Source: Patescibacteria group bacterium
GTDB lineage: Bacteria > Patescibacteriota > Dojkabacteria > J137
NCBI GenBank assembly: GCA_016861265.1
Contig: BOLA01000001.1
Coordinates: 203,569 to 267,568, forward strand
Length of the DNA: 64,000 nucleotides
Direction: 5' to 3'
Shown here: one piece after another, positions 9,390-20,800 of the stretch
How positions within the stretch are numbered: the first letter of the stretch is position 1
How the letters are laid out: the number at the start of each line of letters is the position of its first letter
Notes under the pieces: generated by a model
Told to the model about the DNA's origin: nothing
The model's input: only the letters and a program-made list of their open reading frames with translations
Databases searched by the model: none
Position numbers and translations under genes: made by a program

Positions 9390-11084
9390 ATGAGATATTC
9401 TGCAATGTTTGGCAAAACACAGAAAGATGCACCAAGCGATGCAACACTGAGCTCGCACAAATTACTACATAAAGGAGGCTTTATTAGAGAGTCTACCGCA
9501 GGCAGATATTATATGTTGCCCTTGGGAATAAGAGTGCAGCAAAAAATAATTAATGTAATAAGAGAGGAAATGGATAAATCAGGCGCACAAGAGTTAATTA
9601 CTCCTGTTTTACATCCTTTAGAATTATGGCAAGAAACTAACAGAACAAATACAACAGGATTTGAGTTATCAGTTATTACTGATAGAAGAGGGGCTAAATT
9701 TGCGTTAGGTGGAACTGCAGAAGAGATGATGGTTGACTTAGTTAGGAAGTTTCAAATCAGCTATAAAGATCTACCATTTAACATTTATCAATTTTCTACT
9801 AAATTCAGAGACGAACTAAGAGCAAGAGGAGGACTATTAAGGGTGAGAGAATTTATAATGAAAGACGCGTATTCGTTTAGTACTGATGAAGATCAGTTCA
9901 AAGCTGAATACAAAAATATGTGGGAAACATATTTAAGGATTTATAGAAGATTAGGATTGGAACCATTGGTTGTAGAAGCTGATAATGGTTACATTGGAGG
10001 AGAGTATTGTCATGAATTTCAGGTTGAAAGTGAGATTGGAGAAGGAAAATTTTTTATAAGCGAAGACGGACAATACGTAGCTCATGAAGATGTAGCTAAA
10101 TTTATTGTAGAAGATAAAAATATTAACGAAGATCTAAAAGAGATGCAAGAGGTTGAAGCCATTCGAGGCAACACAATGGAAGATGGAGTAAAGCTACATG
10201 GCTTACCGGATTGGCAACAAATGAAAGATGTAATGTTTACCGATTCGGAAGGAAAACTTTACTTAGCTGTAATCAGAGGCGATTTAGACGTAAATAAAAC
10301 CAAGCTAGAGCACGTATTAAATAAAGTAGGACAACTAGACTCTGCAACTGAAGAACAGATTAGAGAAATAGGCAGCGAGCCTGGATTTATTTCACCAGTG
10401 GGTTTGGAAGGCAAAGTGTTCATAGTTACAGATAAATCAGTTAGAACTGTTCATAACTTTTACGGAGGCTCAAATAAAAAGCATAGAGATATTCTTAATA
10501 TTAATATAGATAGAGATTTTAAAGCTGACCTTGAAGCAGATATTGCATTAGCTCAAAATGGATTTGAATCTATTGATAGCCACGGAAAATTAATTGAGAA
10601 AAGAGGAATTGAAGTTGGAAATATTTTTCAGTTAGGTTATCACTATACTACATTAATGAACAACTCGACTTATACAGATGTAGATGGCGAACAAAAAAAA
10701 TATTATATGGGTTGTTATGGAATTGGAGTAGGTAGAACATTAGCAACAATTGTAGAAAAATACCACGATGATAAAGGTATTATCTGGCCAGAAGAAATAG
10801 CACCTTATACTGTCCATCTTATCGGCTTAAATCTTGAGGATGAAGCCATAAAGAGTAAAGCAGAAGCAATTTACCAAGTATTACAGAAAATGGGAGTAGA
10901 AGTGTTGTTTGACGATAGAACAGATACAATGGCTGGTGAAAAATTTGCAGATTCAGATTTAATAGGAATTCCCTATAGAGTTGTTGTTTCAAAAAGAACT
11001 GGTGAGGGAGTAGAGCTAAAATTAAGAAATCAAAAGGAATCTAAGAATATTTCCCTTGAGGAATTAGTGGAAACACTTAAGTAA
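9390..11084 (+). CDS. proS: Proline--tRNA ligase
   Basis: KFRDELRARGGLLRVREFIMKDAYSF, EVGNIFQLG, MGCYGIGVGR. Confidence 0.98.
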   Translation: MRYSAMFGKTQKDAPSDATLSSHKLLHKGGFIRESTAGRYYMLPLGIRVQQKIINVIREEMDKSGAQELITPVLHPLELWQETNRTNTTGFELSVITDRRGAKFALGGTAEEMMVDLVRKFQISYKDLPFNIYQFSTKFRDELRARGGLLRVREFIMKDAYSFSTDEDQFKAEYKNMWETYLRIYRRLGLEPLVVEADNGYIGGEYCHEFQVESEIGEGKFFISEDGQYVAHEDVAKFIVEDKNINEDLKEMQEVEAIRGNTMEDGVKLHGLPDWQQMKDVMFTDSEGKLYLAVIRGDLDVNKTKLEHVLNKVGQLDSATEEQIREIGSEPGFISPVGLEGKVFIVTDKSVRTVHNFYGGSNKKHRDILNINIDRDFKADLEADIALAQNGFESIDSHGKLIEKRGIEVGNIFQLGYHYTTLMNNSTYTDVDGEQKKYYMGCYGIGVGRTLATIVEKYHDDKGIIWPEEIAPYTVHLIGLNLEDEAIKSKAEAIYQVLQKMGVEVLFDDRTDTMAGEKFADSDLIGIPYRVVVSKRTGEGVELKLRNQKESKNISLEELVETLK

Positions 11085-11136
11085 TTGACCAAATTAACCT
11101 AATAAAGTTATTATCAAAGTAATTTAGTTAATACTT

Positions 11137-11616
11137 ATGTCACGCTTACCTGAACCCAAAGATAACATAGACCTATATAGATTTAGCCGGAGTAAATCGG
11201 GGAAATTAATACACACTTATATTGAAGCGGGCTTACTATCTAACGAAGATTTAAATAATCAAGATGTAATTGATTTTATAAATAATTCTGAACTTTGGAC
11301 ACTAACGGGATTATCAGTGGGCGACGAAGTCTTTATAGTTGATGATATTAATCCTAGACAAATGATTAGAGCAAAAGTTGTATACGCGGGAAGCTTTGTT
11401 ACCCTAGCATATAACGACAAGACTCTTGTTAACACCCCAGGAGTCAGCCTAAAGGCTAGACACTCATTTCCTAGAAATTTACTGCAAAGGGGTATACAAG
11501 CAGTACTACCTATGCATATAGACATTATTGATTTAGCCTCAACTCAAAAAATCTTCAGAGTTATAAATGAGGAAGTTGTCGAAAATAATGAGCCAAGATT
11601 TATATTGGAAGCTTAA
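11137..11616 (+). CDS. Hypothetical protein (orphan)
   Basis: 159-aa ORF with upstream TTGACC-N18-TATTAT; no recognised motif. Confidence 0.7.
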   Translation: MSRLPEPKDNIDLYRFSRSKSGKLIHTYIEAGLLSNEDLNNQDVIDFINNSELWTLTGLSVGDEVFIVDDINPRQMIRAKVVYAGSFVTLAYNDKTLVNTPGVSLKARHSFPRNLLQRGIQAVLPMHIDIIDLASTQKIFRVINEEVVENNEPRFILEA

Positions 11617-13464
11617 TTACTTTCTAAAATTTACTAAAGATTTAGTATCTAATACCTCGAACTTATCCACATAGGTTCTCATCCACATTTCTGTAATAAA
11701 GACTCTCCAGAAGAATAAAACATCTCCCTTAATTTTATTTTCCAGAGCAAGTTTAAAGTTCTGTAGTACTAAGTCAGCCTTCCAAAACGGCCTGGATTTA
11801 AAAGTATCGGATTCGAATACATCTATAAACTTTTGTTGCCTTCGTTCTATCCATTCCCATTCAGGGTTTGTAAAACCAATTTTACTTCGTCTTAATCTGT
11901 TTTTCTCAGGAATTAGGCCTTTCATAGCTTCTCTATAGATATGTCTTGTCCAACCATTCTTTATCTTTTGATCAATAGGCAAATTAAAAATATATTCCAC
12001 AACCATGTGGTCGAAGAAAGGAACCCGGGACTCAAGAGAGTTCGCCATTGAATTCTTGTCTTCATACCTTAAAAGCGATGGTGTAGTCAAGGATGTAACG
12101 TCCTCAAACAATCTTTTATTTAGATTTCTAGTTGCCTGTGGTCTTATGAACTCAGTATTATTTGTATTTACAATCATCTGATTAGGATTGATTGTATTTT
12201 CTTTTTTGAGTTTTTGTATTAACTTATCCACAAAGAATTTAGTGTACAGATCTTTTCCTGCGACTGTTTCTCTGAATGCTTCCAGAACTTTTCCGTTATC
12301 GATTGCACTTTGCAAGTAGGTCATAAAGTAAGGAATATAACCGGCCAGAAGCTCATCGCCGCCTTGACCAGTTAGTAGTACAGTTACATGTTTTCTAGCT
12401 TCCCTCATTACCGTGTAGTAAGCATATGGTGCAGTACTAATTACAGGTTCTTCTTGAAAATATACCCAATTATCCATTTCATTCCAGAAGTTACCCACAT
12501 TTGGAGTCATTTTAATTGATTCAACTCCAGTAGCTTCCACAATATTGTCTATGTATTCTTCCTCGTTTATTGTTTCTCCCGGATGAACTGCGGAAAATGA
12601 GTAAAGTTTTGTATCAGGATGATTCTCTTTATATAATTTTGCTGCAATTGAAGTAATTCCACTTGAATCAAGTCCACCCGATAATGTTACTCCAACAGGT
12701 ACATCTGCTATTAAATGTAACTTTATTGCCTCAATAAAAATATCTCTAAACTCTTTCGAATATTCCGCATCTGATTTTTCTGAAGCAAACTTTGTTGAGT
12801 AAGTCGGATTCCAATACTTCTCTATTTGAAACTCTCCTGTATTATTAATTACCATATAGTGACCTGGCAGTAGTCTCTTTATATTCTTAAAAAATGTATC
12901 TTGATTTGTATCGTGAATTCTAGCAGTTAAAAATTTATACAGTGAATCCTGGTCAACTTCTCGATTAATATTAAATCCAGAGAGTAAACCCTTAATTTCT
13001 GATCCGAATACTACTCTACCGTCCACCTGAGTATAATATAGTGGTTTAATACCGAGTCTATCTCTTGCGATAAAGAGTTCATCCTTTTTCTTATTGTATA
13101 AAACAATCACAAACATTCCTCTTAAATGGTTTACTACTTTTTCACCCCATTCTTCGTACCCATGCGCAATAACTTCAGTATCAGATTCACTACTAAAGTT
13201 ATGGCCTAACTCTTCAAGCTCTTCTCGCAGTGCTTGATAATTATAAATCTCTCCATTATTCATTACCTGAATTGTTTTATCTTCGTTTGTTAGTGGATAT
13301 AGACCCATTGTAAGGTCAATAATTGCAAGTCTTCTATAACCCACCGAAAAATTATCATTCACTACTCTTCCACCGTCATCGGGACCTCGGTGAAATATAG
13401 ATTCAGTCATTTTATCTAGAGTTTGATTATCTGGTTTGCCCGAAAAGCCAACAATTCCGCACAT
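11617..13464 (-). CDS. asnB: Asparagine synthase (glutamine-hydrolysing) family amidotransferase
   Basis: MCGI, HRGPD, NGEIYNY, SGGLDSS, GQGGDE. Confidence 0.95.
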   Translation of the reverse strand: MCGIVGFSGKPDNQTLDKMTESIFHRGPDDGGRVVNDNFSVGYRRLAIIDLTMGLYPLTNEDKTIQVMNNGEIYNYQALREELEELGHNFSSESDTEVIAHGYEEWGEKVVNHLRGMFVIVLYNKKKDELFIARDRLGIKPLYYTQVDGRVVFGSEIKGLLSGFNINREVDQDSLYKFLTARIHDTNQDTFFKNIKRLLPGHYMVINNTGEFQIEKYWNPTYSTKFASEKSDAEYSKEFRDIFIEAIKLHLIADVPVGVTLSGGLDSSGITSIAAKLYKENHPDTKLYSFSAVHPGETINEEEYIDNIVEATGVESIKMTPNVGNFWNEMDNWVYFQEEPVISTAPYAYYTVMREARKHVTVLLTGQGGDELLAGYIPYFMTYLQSAIDNGKVLEAFRETVAGKDLYTKFFVDKLIQKLKKENTINPNQMIVNTNNTEFIRPQATRNLNKRLFEDVTSLTTPSLLRYEDKNSMANSLESRVPFFDHMVVEYIFNLPIDQKIKNGWTRHIYREAMKGLIPEKNRLRRSKIGFTNPEWEWIERRQQKFIDVFESDTFKSRPFWKADLVLQNFKLALENKIKGDVLFFWRVFITEMWMRTYVDKFEVLDTKSLVNFRK

Positions 13465-13503
13465 AAAAGAAAGTTAATATTAATATTCCATAATACAATA
13501 TAG

Positions 13504-13660
13504 TTACTCAACGTGTACACCCTGCGCAATTTCATTCTTACCGGTTCTAAACTTCCAGATGTAGATAACAATTAAGAACCCTACAATAGGAATAATAATA
13601 ACAAGCGGATTAATATTTGAGTTCTGATCCTGTTGTTCTCACTACCCTCTGCGAATCCAT
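13504..13660 (-). pseudogene. Small single-TM protein split by a +1 frameshift
   Basis: ATG 13660 gives MDSQRVV; the +1 frame continues EQQDQNSNINPLVIIIPIVGFLIVIYIWKFRTGK...VE*. Confidence 0.4.
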
Positions 13661-13708
13661 TTTGATGAAAATACTTGGCTACAGCTTTATTCGTGATTTA
13701 TAGTATTG

Positions 13709-13714
13709 TATAAT
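13709..13714 (+). promoter_or_regulatory. -10 box of the thr leader/thrS transcript
   Basis: TATAAT, 7 nt before ATG 13722. Confidence 0.7.
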
Positions 13715-13721
13715 CGAACAA

Positions 13722-13772
13722 ATGAAGAAATTAAGAATTGCCTTCACAACTACTACAACTACAACCCCATAA
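13722..13772 (+). CDS. Threonine-rich leader peptide MKKLRIAFTTTTTTTP upstream of thrS
   Basis: Seven consecutive Thr codons (ACA ACT ACT ACA ACT ACA ACC); stop lies 65 nt before the thrS start. Confidence 0.88.
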   Translation: MKKLRIAFTTTTTTTP

Positions 13773-13837
13773 GGGGGTAAAATATCTACGTATAAAAATT
13801 CTATACACACTCATTTTAATTAACTATTAACCAATAT

Positions 13838-15592
13838 ATGGATAAAGACAATTTATATAAAATAAGGCATTCGGCAGAACACGTATTCGCACAGGCCGTA
13901 AAGGAATTGTATGGAGAGGACGTTCAACTAGCAGTTGCCCATATTTCCGATACAGGTTTTTCTAACGATGCAAAGTGGTCAGTAAAATTATCAGAGGACG
14001 ATTTTCCAAAGATTGAAAAAAAGATGCAAGAAATAATTGATGCTAACCTGCCAATTGTTCAAAAGGAAGTTACACGAGAGGAAGCTAAAGAAATGTTTAA
14101 AAATAATCCTTTCAAGCTAGAATGGATTGAGCAATGGGACGCGGCAGAAAAGACATTAACCGTTTACTGGACCGGAGATAAATATGTAGACTTCTGCAAA
14201 GGTCCACACGTAAATTCAACAGGTGAAATCAAAGCCTTTAAACTTTTAAGCGTTGCTGGAGCATACTGGAGAGGTGATGCAAACAATGAAATGTTAACAA
14301 GAGTTTATGGAACTGCTTTTGGCTCTAAAGCTGAACTAGATGAATACCTAAATTTATTAGAAGAAGCTAAAAATAGAGATCATAGAAAATTAGGAAAAGA
14401 ATTAGGTTTGTTTACATTCTCAGATCTTGTTGGTTCAGGATTACCAATGTTTACACCTAAGGGAACTTTTTTATGGCAAGAACTAGCTAGCTATTCTGAG
14501 TCTTTACAGAAGGCGGCTGGTTTTGAACAGGTAAAAATTCCTCATATAACAAAAACTGATTTATATAAAACTTCAGGACATTGGGATAAATTTGGTGATG
14601 AATTATTTTTAGTAAAAAGCCAGGAAACTGATGACCAGATGGTTTTAAAACCAATGAATTGTCCGCACCACACTCAAATTTATGCAAGTGCAAAAAGAAG
14701 CTATAGAGATTTACCTATTAGATATTACGAAACTACAACCAACTATAGAGACGAAAAAGCAGGTGAATTATCTGGATTATCAAGAGTTAGATCTTTAACT
14801 CAAGACGATGCTCACGTATTTTGTAGAATAGATCAAATTGAAGGTGAATTTACAATTATAATGGGAATGATTAAAAAGATGTATGCATCCTTAGGGCTAG
14901 AATTTAGGGCTAGACTTTCTTTTAGAGATCCTGAAACACCGGAAAAATATTTAGGCGATGAAGAGACTTGGGCAGAAGCACAAAGAACAATCGAAGATAT
15001 TGCTAAAAAATTAGAAGTTGACTACTTTGTAGCAATTGGCGAAGCAGCTATTTATGGGCCTAAAATCGATATTATGGTTAAAGATTCACTAGGGAGAGAA
15101 TGGCAATGTGCTACTGAACAATTGGACTTTATTCAGCCAACAAGATTCGGTCTTAAGTATACCGACTCAGATGGACAGGAAAAGACACCTGTAATGATTC
15201 ATAAAGCATTATTGGGTTCAGTTGAAAGATTCTTATCTGTTTACATTGAGCATACAGCTGGTAACTTTCCTGTATGGTTAAGTTATACACAAGTTGCAGT
15301 ATTACCTATTTCAGCAGAAAAACATGCTGATTATGCATACAAAATTAAAGATACGTTAAGAGCTGCAGGAATTAGAGCCGATGTTGACGATGCCAGCGAA
15401 ACATTAGGCAATAAAATTAGAAAGGCACAATCACAAAAAACACCTTATGTATTTGTTGTGGGAGATAAAGAAGTCGAGAACAATACAGTAAGCGTTAGAG
15501 CCAGAGGAGGAAAAGATTTAGGTGCAATGAGTGTAAATGATATTTCGGAAAGAATAAAACAAAAAATAGAAGACAAGTCCATGGACCTATAA
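13838..15592 (+). CDS. thrS: Threonine--tRNA ligase (no N-terminal TGS domain)
   Basis: RHSAEH, DFCKGPH, RDHRKLG, KPMNCPHH, QDDAH. Confidence 0.98.
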   Translation: MDKDNLYKIRHSAEHVFAQAVKELYGEDVQLAVAHISDTGFSNDAKWSVKLSEDDFPKIEKKMQEIIDANLPIVQKEVTREEAKEMFKNNPFKLEWIEQWDAAEKTLTVYWTGDKYVDFCKGPHVNSTGEIKAFKLLSVAGAYWRGDANNEMLTRVYGTAFGSKAELDEYLNLLEEAKNRDHRKLGKELGLFTFSDLVGSGLPMFTPKGTFLWQELASYSESLQKAAGFEQVKIPHITKTDLYKTSGHWDKFGDELFLVKSQETDDQMVLKPMNCPHHTQIYASAKRSYRDLPIRYYETTTNYRDEKAGELSGLSRVRSLTQDDAHVFCRIDQIEGEFTIIMGMIKKMYASLGLEFRARLSFRDPETPEKYLGDEETWAEAQRTIEDIAKKLEVDYFVAIGEAAIYGPKIDIMVKDSLGREWQCATEQLDFIQPTRFGLKYTDSDGQEKTPVMIHKALLGSVERFLSVYIEHTAGNFPVWLSYTQVAVLPISAEKHADYAYKIKDTLRAAGIRADVDDASETLGNKIRKAQSQKTPYVFVVGDKEVENNTVSVRARGGKDLGAMSVNDISERIKQKIEDKSMDL

Positions 15593-15594
15593 TC

Positions 15595-15622
15595 AAAAGG
15601 GCAGCCTAGGCTGCCCTTTTTT
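15595..15622. terminator. Bidirectional intrinsic terminator
   Basis: AAAAGGGCAGCC-TA-GGCTGCCCTTTTTT between convergent genes. Confidence 0.9.
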
Positions 15623-15631
15623 ATAACTATA

Positions 15632-16255
15632 TTAAGCTTCTTTGGGTATAAGATTATTTAATCTGTACTCCATAAAGTTTCCGGCGTTAACTCTATCTAG
15701 AGTTTCTAAGAAAGCGACCTTTAAGGAATGGTAGTTAAAGTTATGACTTGAAAGATAACTTTCAATATTTAATATCCTACCTTCGGCAACTCCAGCTTTC
15801 AGGCCATTCTGACTCATAGCCTTTTTTGTCTGTGCAATATAGGCTTTCCTAAGCTTTATTATATCTGCCAATAAGTCTTCAATATCGGAACCGGAATATT
15901 GAGACATTAGATAATACCCGCCTCTATTATCTATTATTAATAGTCCTAATCTTCTTAGATAATCAAAAATATCTACATCCAAAGTTGCAATCATGTCAGC
16001 CGCTGACTGAACATCAGGGTTTGTTGTACCAGATGGAGTACCCAAAGCTCTATATTTAGCATTGGCAGCATAATCCATTTCTACTACCTCTGAATCCTTT
16101 ACAAATGTGTCAGCCATAAATATAGCCGAAGATGTTTCATTATCTATTTCGGGAAAGTCAGTGATAGAAAAACGTACAATAGGAGATTGCTCTTGAAAAC
16201 GAAGAATATTAGGTCTTCTTCCGCCACCCAGCTGATTCGGTTGTTCGAATGCCAT
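15632..16255 (-). CDS. Hypothetical protein (orphan)
   Basis: 207-aa ORF filling the gap; no motif. Confidence 0.7.
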   Translation of the reverse strand: MAFEQPNQLGGGRRPNILRFQEQSPIVRFSITDFPEIDNETSSAIFMADTFVKDSEVVEMDYAANAKYRALGTPSGTTNPDVQSAADMIATLDVDIFDYLRRLGLLIIDNRGGYYLMSQYSGSDIEDLLADIIKLRKAYIAQTKKAMSQNGLKAGVAEGRILNIESYLSSHNFNYHSLKVAFLETLDRVNAGNFMEYRLNNLIPKEA

Positions 16256-16360
16256 AATTGTATTAATAACAAAGTTGTTTGGACTATTTTGGTATAATCA
16301 ACACAGACAATTTTGTTATCAAAATGTACTCAATTATTCAAACAATAACAAATTTAAACA

Positions 16361-17404
16361 ATGATGTCAAACAAGAAAATACTAAATCTGGAATATCCCG
16401 TGTTGGGTCTATCTCCTATGGACGGAGTTACAGACTCTGCATACAGGTACATAACAAAGAAATATGGTAATCCTGACTTGATTTTTACAGAGTTTACAAA
16501 TGTAATTGGGTTGTCAGTTGCGGGACATCATGTGTTAAAGGATTTTCATTACGATAAATCTCAAAAACCTATTGTTGCTCAAATATATGGTAAGGACCCT
16601 GAATATTTCTATCATGCGGCTAAAATTGCTTGCGAGCTAAATTTTGACGCCGTAGATATAAACATGGGTTGCCCCGCTAAGAATGTAGCTTCAAGTGGAA
16701 GCGGTGCTGCATTAATAAAAACGCCTGAACTAGCAAAGGAAATAATTGCAGCCACAAAGGAAGGAGTAAGGCATTGGGTAGAAGACGGAAAATTAACAGG
16801 ACTACCTACTAAAACAAAAAACGCAATTAAGGCCTTGGAAAACGAGATTGGAATTGAACCCCACGAAAGACAAATGATTCCAGTTTCAGTTAAAACAAGG
16901 ATTGGGTTTTCGGAACCAATTACAGAACAATGGATTAGTACTGTTGCATCAATGAATCCGGCATGGATTAGTGTTCACGGAAGAACATTAAAACAAATGT
17001 ATTTGGGAGAAGCTAACTGGCTTGAGATAAAAAAGGCGGTCGAGATAACAGATATACCGGTACTAGCGAATGGGGATATAAAAACATACGATGATTACAA
17101 ACGAATTTTAGAAGTAACCGGAGCATTTGGTGCACTAATTGGAAGAGGATCCTATGGCAATCCCTGGATTTTTAAAGGAAGAAAATTTGAGGATGTTTCA
17201 TTAGAAGAGAAGATTAAAGTTCTAATCGAACATACAAGAAAATTCGTTGAATTGAATCCTGACCCAAAAGCATTTGTACAAATGAGAAAACATTTTGGGT
17301 GGTATATAAAAGGATTTGACGGAGCTAAAGAAACGAGAGAGGAACTAATGAGAGCTAATTCCACTGAAGAAGTTGAGCTTATACTTGGTGAATTTCTACA
17401 TTAA
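16361..17404 (+). CDS. dus: tRNA-dihydrouridine synthase
   Basis: LSPMDGVTD, DINMGCP, VKTRIG, VHGRT, ANGDI, GRGSYGNPW. Confidence 0.95.
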   Translation: MMSNKKILNLEYPVLGLSPMDGVTDSAYRYITKKYGNPDLIFTEFTNVIGLSVAGHHVLKDFHYDKSQKPIVAQIYGKDPEYFYHAAKIACELNFDAVDINMGCPAKNVASSGSGAALIKTPELAKEIIAATKEGVRHWVEDGKLTGLPTKTKNAIKALENEIGIEPHERQMIPVSVKTRIGFSEPITEQWISTVASMNPAWISVHGRTLKQMYLGEANWLEIKKAVEITDIPVLANGDIKTYDDYKRILEVTGAFGALIGRGSYGNPWIFKGRKFEDVSLEEKIKVLIEHTRKFVELNPDPKAFVQMRKHFGWYIKGFDGAKETREELMRANSTEEVELILGEFLH

Positions 17405-17864
17405 TTTTCTTAAATGCTTCTGAGACCTTATCCCAGGACTTCTCTTCTATAAATTCTCTTATAGTTTTACAAAGTGAACTCTTTAATTCTCTTTCTGTTG
17501 GATTCTCAATTTTTTGAGCAGTATCCTCTAGTAGATTAAGCTGATCCATAATAAATTCGGTCTCAACATTTTCAAGCACCGGATTAAAGATTTTTTCGAA
17601 TGGAAGTTTAAATTCACTAAGCTTAGCTTTTAGTTTTTCCATAAAGCTAGGTAAGTCCTTCGAGGAATCAGCAACTGCATCTTCCAGTTCGCTGTACTGT
17701 GCCTCGCTTAGACTATTTTTTAAATCTCCGTCGAGCATGTCTAATACTGCAGATCTATATATCATACTTTCAATTTGAACTTCATCTTCCTCTGCTAAAT
17801 CAAGACCAACAATTTCAAATAAATCGTAGTCTAAAAGCGTCTTTTGTTGTTCTGAATTTTCCAT
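17379..17864 (-). CDS. Acidic helical protein, DUF5663-like
   Basis: DLFEIVGLDL..IY..L...LSEAQYSELE resembles the CPR DUF5663 pattern (recalled, not searched). Confidence 0.45.
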   Translation of the reverse strand: MENSEQQKTLLDYDLFEIVGLDLAEEDEVQIESMIYRSAVLDMLDGDLKNSLSEAQYSELEDAVADSSKDLPSFMEKLKAKLSEFKLPFEKIFNPVLENVETEFIMDQLNLLEDTAQKIENPTERELKSSLCKTIREFIEEKSWDKVSEAFKKINVEIHQV

Positions 17865-17865
17865 A

Positions 17866-20800
17866 TTATGCAGCTAATTTATTAATTTCTTCTTGTAAAG
17901 TAATTGGCAATACTCTTCTTCTTGGTGAAAGACCTCTTACATTCTCCTGATTAAATTTGTGCATGCTTACAATCTCAGCTCTCTTTTCCTTAGGCAATGC
18001 CGAACCTAATTTTGTAATAAAGAAGGTCAATTGCTTTGATATTGATGGGTTTACATACAAGTTAACGTACATTAGAACTCTTGACAAGGCCAATACTAAT
18101 CTATCTTGATCTTCTTCACTACCATTTTTTATTAACTTCTCTATTATTTCAAAGTTAGAGAATAAAATTTCGATTACAGGCTTTATTGCCTCACGAATCT
18201 GCGATGATTTTAATAAATTTACCGAAATTGATGTGGCTACTTTTTGATCTTTATTGCTTACAGCAAAAGGAGATTTCAATTTCTCGAATGCACCAAGCAC
18301 TATTAGACCTGCTGCTTCAATAGACTTTTTCTCACACAAGTCTCGAATTGCTTTAATATCTTTATTGAAAGCATCAAACTTTGCATTACCAGTTAATTGA
18401 GAATAAGATGTAACTCTACTATCTATTTCTTCTAGTATTTCTATATATGTTCTTGATGGTCTAAAGTAAGGCGGTTCAGTTTCAAGTAACTTTTGCATAA
18501 AATCCAAAACCTTCTTAAGATCGATCTCGTCATATCCTCTTTCAACTCCATGAACCAATAAATCAATAAATCTTGGAATCATATCTAGTACTTCAGTCTG
18601 CACCCTAAAGGTTAGTGGAGGATTCATGTTGAATGCATCAATAAATACAATCGAAGCATCAATTGATTTCTTTAGTTTGGTATCTAATTCTGCAACTCTA
18701 TCATTTGTTAGCAATGCTCCTGTTGGATCCACCTCACCGGCTTCGTCTTTAATATCTTCGTAGGCTTGATGGGCAGCGTTTTCTATCTTAACTTGCTGTT
18801 CGACAGTTGCTTTTTCCGCTACAACTGTGTCCACTACATCATAAAAGCCCTTAGCATTAACTCTATTTCGAGTAGCAAGATAGGCCATTATGTAATTTAA
18901 ATTATTAGCGTAATCGTTAGTATTGTTTCGAGTAACAGTATCTCTTAACCCTTCAAACATTTTTCTTGCTCTACCCTTTTTTTCGTTAACTCCCGCAAAT
19001 CTAATTAACTGATCTCTTTGTTCTGCTGGCAGTTGTTGAAATGTTGCACCAATAAAGTTTAATACATCGGCGTTCGCGAATGAATAGTCCACTGAGTCAT
19101 CGGTTTCGGTAGCAAGATCAATTAAGATCTCGTAGCCTGCAGGATCCTGCTTAGACCATAATGTAAGTACTTGAGTACATAGTTTAAATTTAACTCTATT
19201 ACTTACACTATTCCAAATACTCTTATTATCAATTATGAACAAAATAAAATCCTTCTCAGCATCTGATATTTGTAGAAATTTATCAGGATACATAGAATAC
19301 TGGTCAATTGCATACTCAACAATATTTTCAAACTCAGGTTGGGAAGAATAAATATCGAATAAAGGTCTGTTCGTAGAATATAGAGTTACTATCTCTGTTA
19401 AGCACTCCCCTCTTGGGGTAGAAAGTGCCTTGAACTTCTTAGCTAATCTAGATTCATACCATCTCTGCTCTCTTGCTTTTAGTGCGTCTAATCTGACTTC
19501 TATTCCATCTTCAGTCAGTATTTCTTTTTTACTTGCACCATAATTTTCTGATATATCCTCTAATTGATCTAATCTATCCTTCCACATTTCAAGCTTAATA
19601 ACACGAACATGTGGGGGCATAAGTGTTACCAGTTCTACAGAATCTAAAGACAATCTTAGGAAGTCATAGATACTTCTTTCTGTTCCTCTACTAACATCTA
19701 ATTCATCAACGAACTGATATAGTTCTTCAATTAGGTTAGCAACTGTGGCGTATGCTTCTGGATCAGTTTCTACTGCTTTTATAAGGAGTTTTACCGCTAT
19801 AGGATCTTTAATAATATCAGCTAATTTACGTACTCCCTTTTCAATACTTCTTTTGTCCTCACTTTCAACACTTTCTCGAGCTTTTTCTCTCCTTTTTTGA
19901 GCCTTAGTTGGTTCGGAATCAAAAGCAAATAATATTCTATAGTAGATATTCTTCTTTAGATTATTTACCTTTTGCTTCATTCTCTCCGCCTTACCCTCAG
20001 GTCGTAATCTATCAAGCACCAATTCCTTAATTTCTTCTAATTCACTTTCTATTTCCTGAGTTCCAAGTTTCTTTACCAAGTCAATTTGATAAGCTTTTTC
20101 TCTGTAGTATTCAAGCATGGCCGTTTCTCTGAGCAATAGAGTGATGACTAGAGTATCGTTGGCAGAATGGTTCTCAAAGAATTTATCAATAATTGCTTTT
20201 TTTTGTTCCTCAGAAAGTTTAAGTGCCTCTACTAATTCCGCTACTAATTCAATTTTGGCATCCTTATCTTTTTGAAATTCGTAACCATCAGCAGTAAGGT
20301 CTTCTAGATTAACACCTTTTACTTCACCACTATATAGATAGTGCATTAAATTGAATAGGTAGCTATCTTTTGGATCTGTTAAGTATCTTTCAATAAATAG
20401 TTTATAAACTGCAACTCTATCGTCTTTATCAAAGATTGATAGTGGAGCAAATGCTCCAACAGGAACGACCAATCGTACTATTCTCCTTATAGCCTTCTGT
20501 GTATCCTCATTTTGTGAAGTGGCTAATGTTGATTGCAAACCTGCAATTATTCTAGATGTAATACTTTTTAATAATACGTCGGTTAAAACCTCACTGATTA
20601 CAACATTATCTGTTTGTTTTAATCTATCTATGTAGTTTAATATATTAACTTGAATATCAACCCATTCTGTTTGAACAAAGTCAATTCGCAGACTAACTTG
20701 TCCCATGTACTCAACCAATGCGCTTATGTCTTCCTGGTTACCCGAATCTAGCACTCCTTCAATGTAAGGCTCTATGTATACAAAGATTTTTATAAGCTGA

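Noticed and set aside
16279-16470. 63-aa ORF overlapping the dus start
   Set aside because: TTG start, overlaps dus out of frame, no features.
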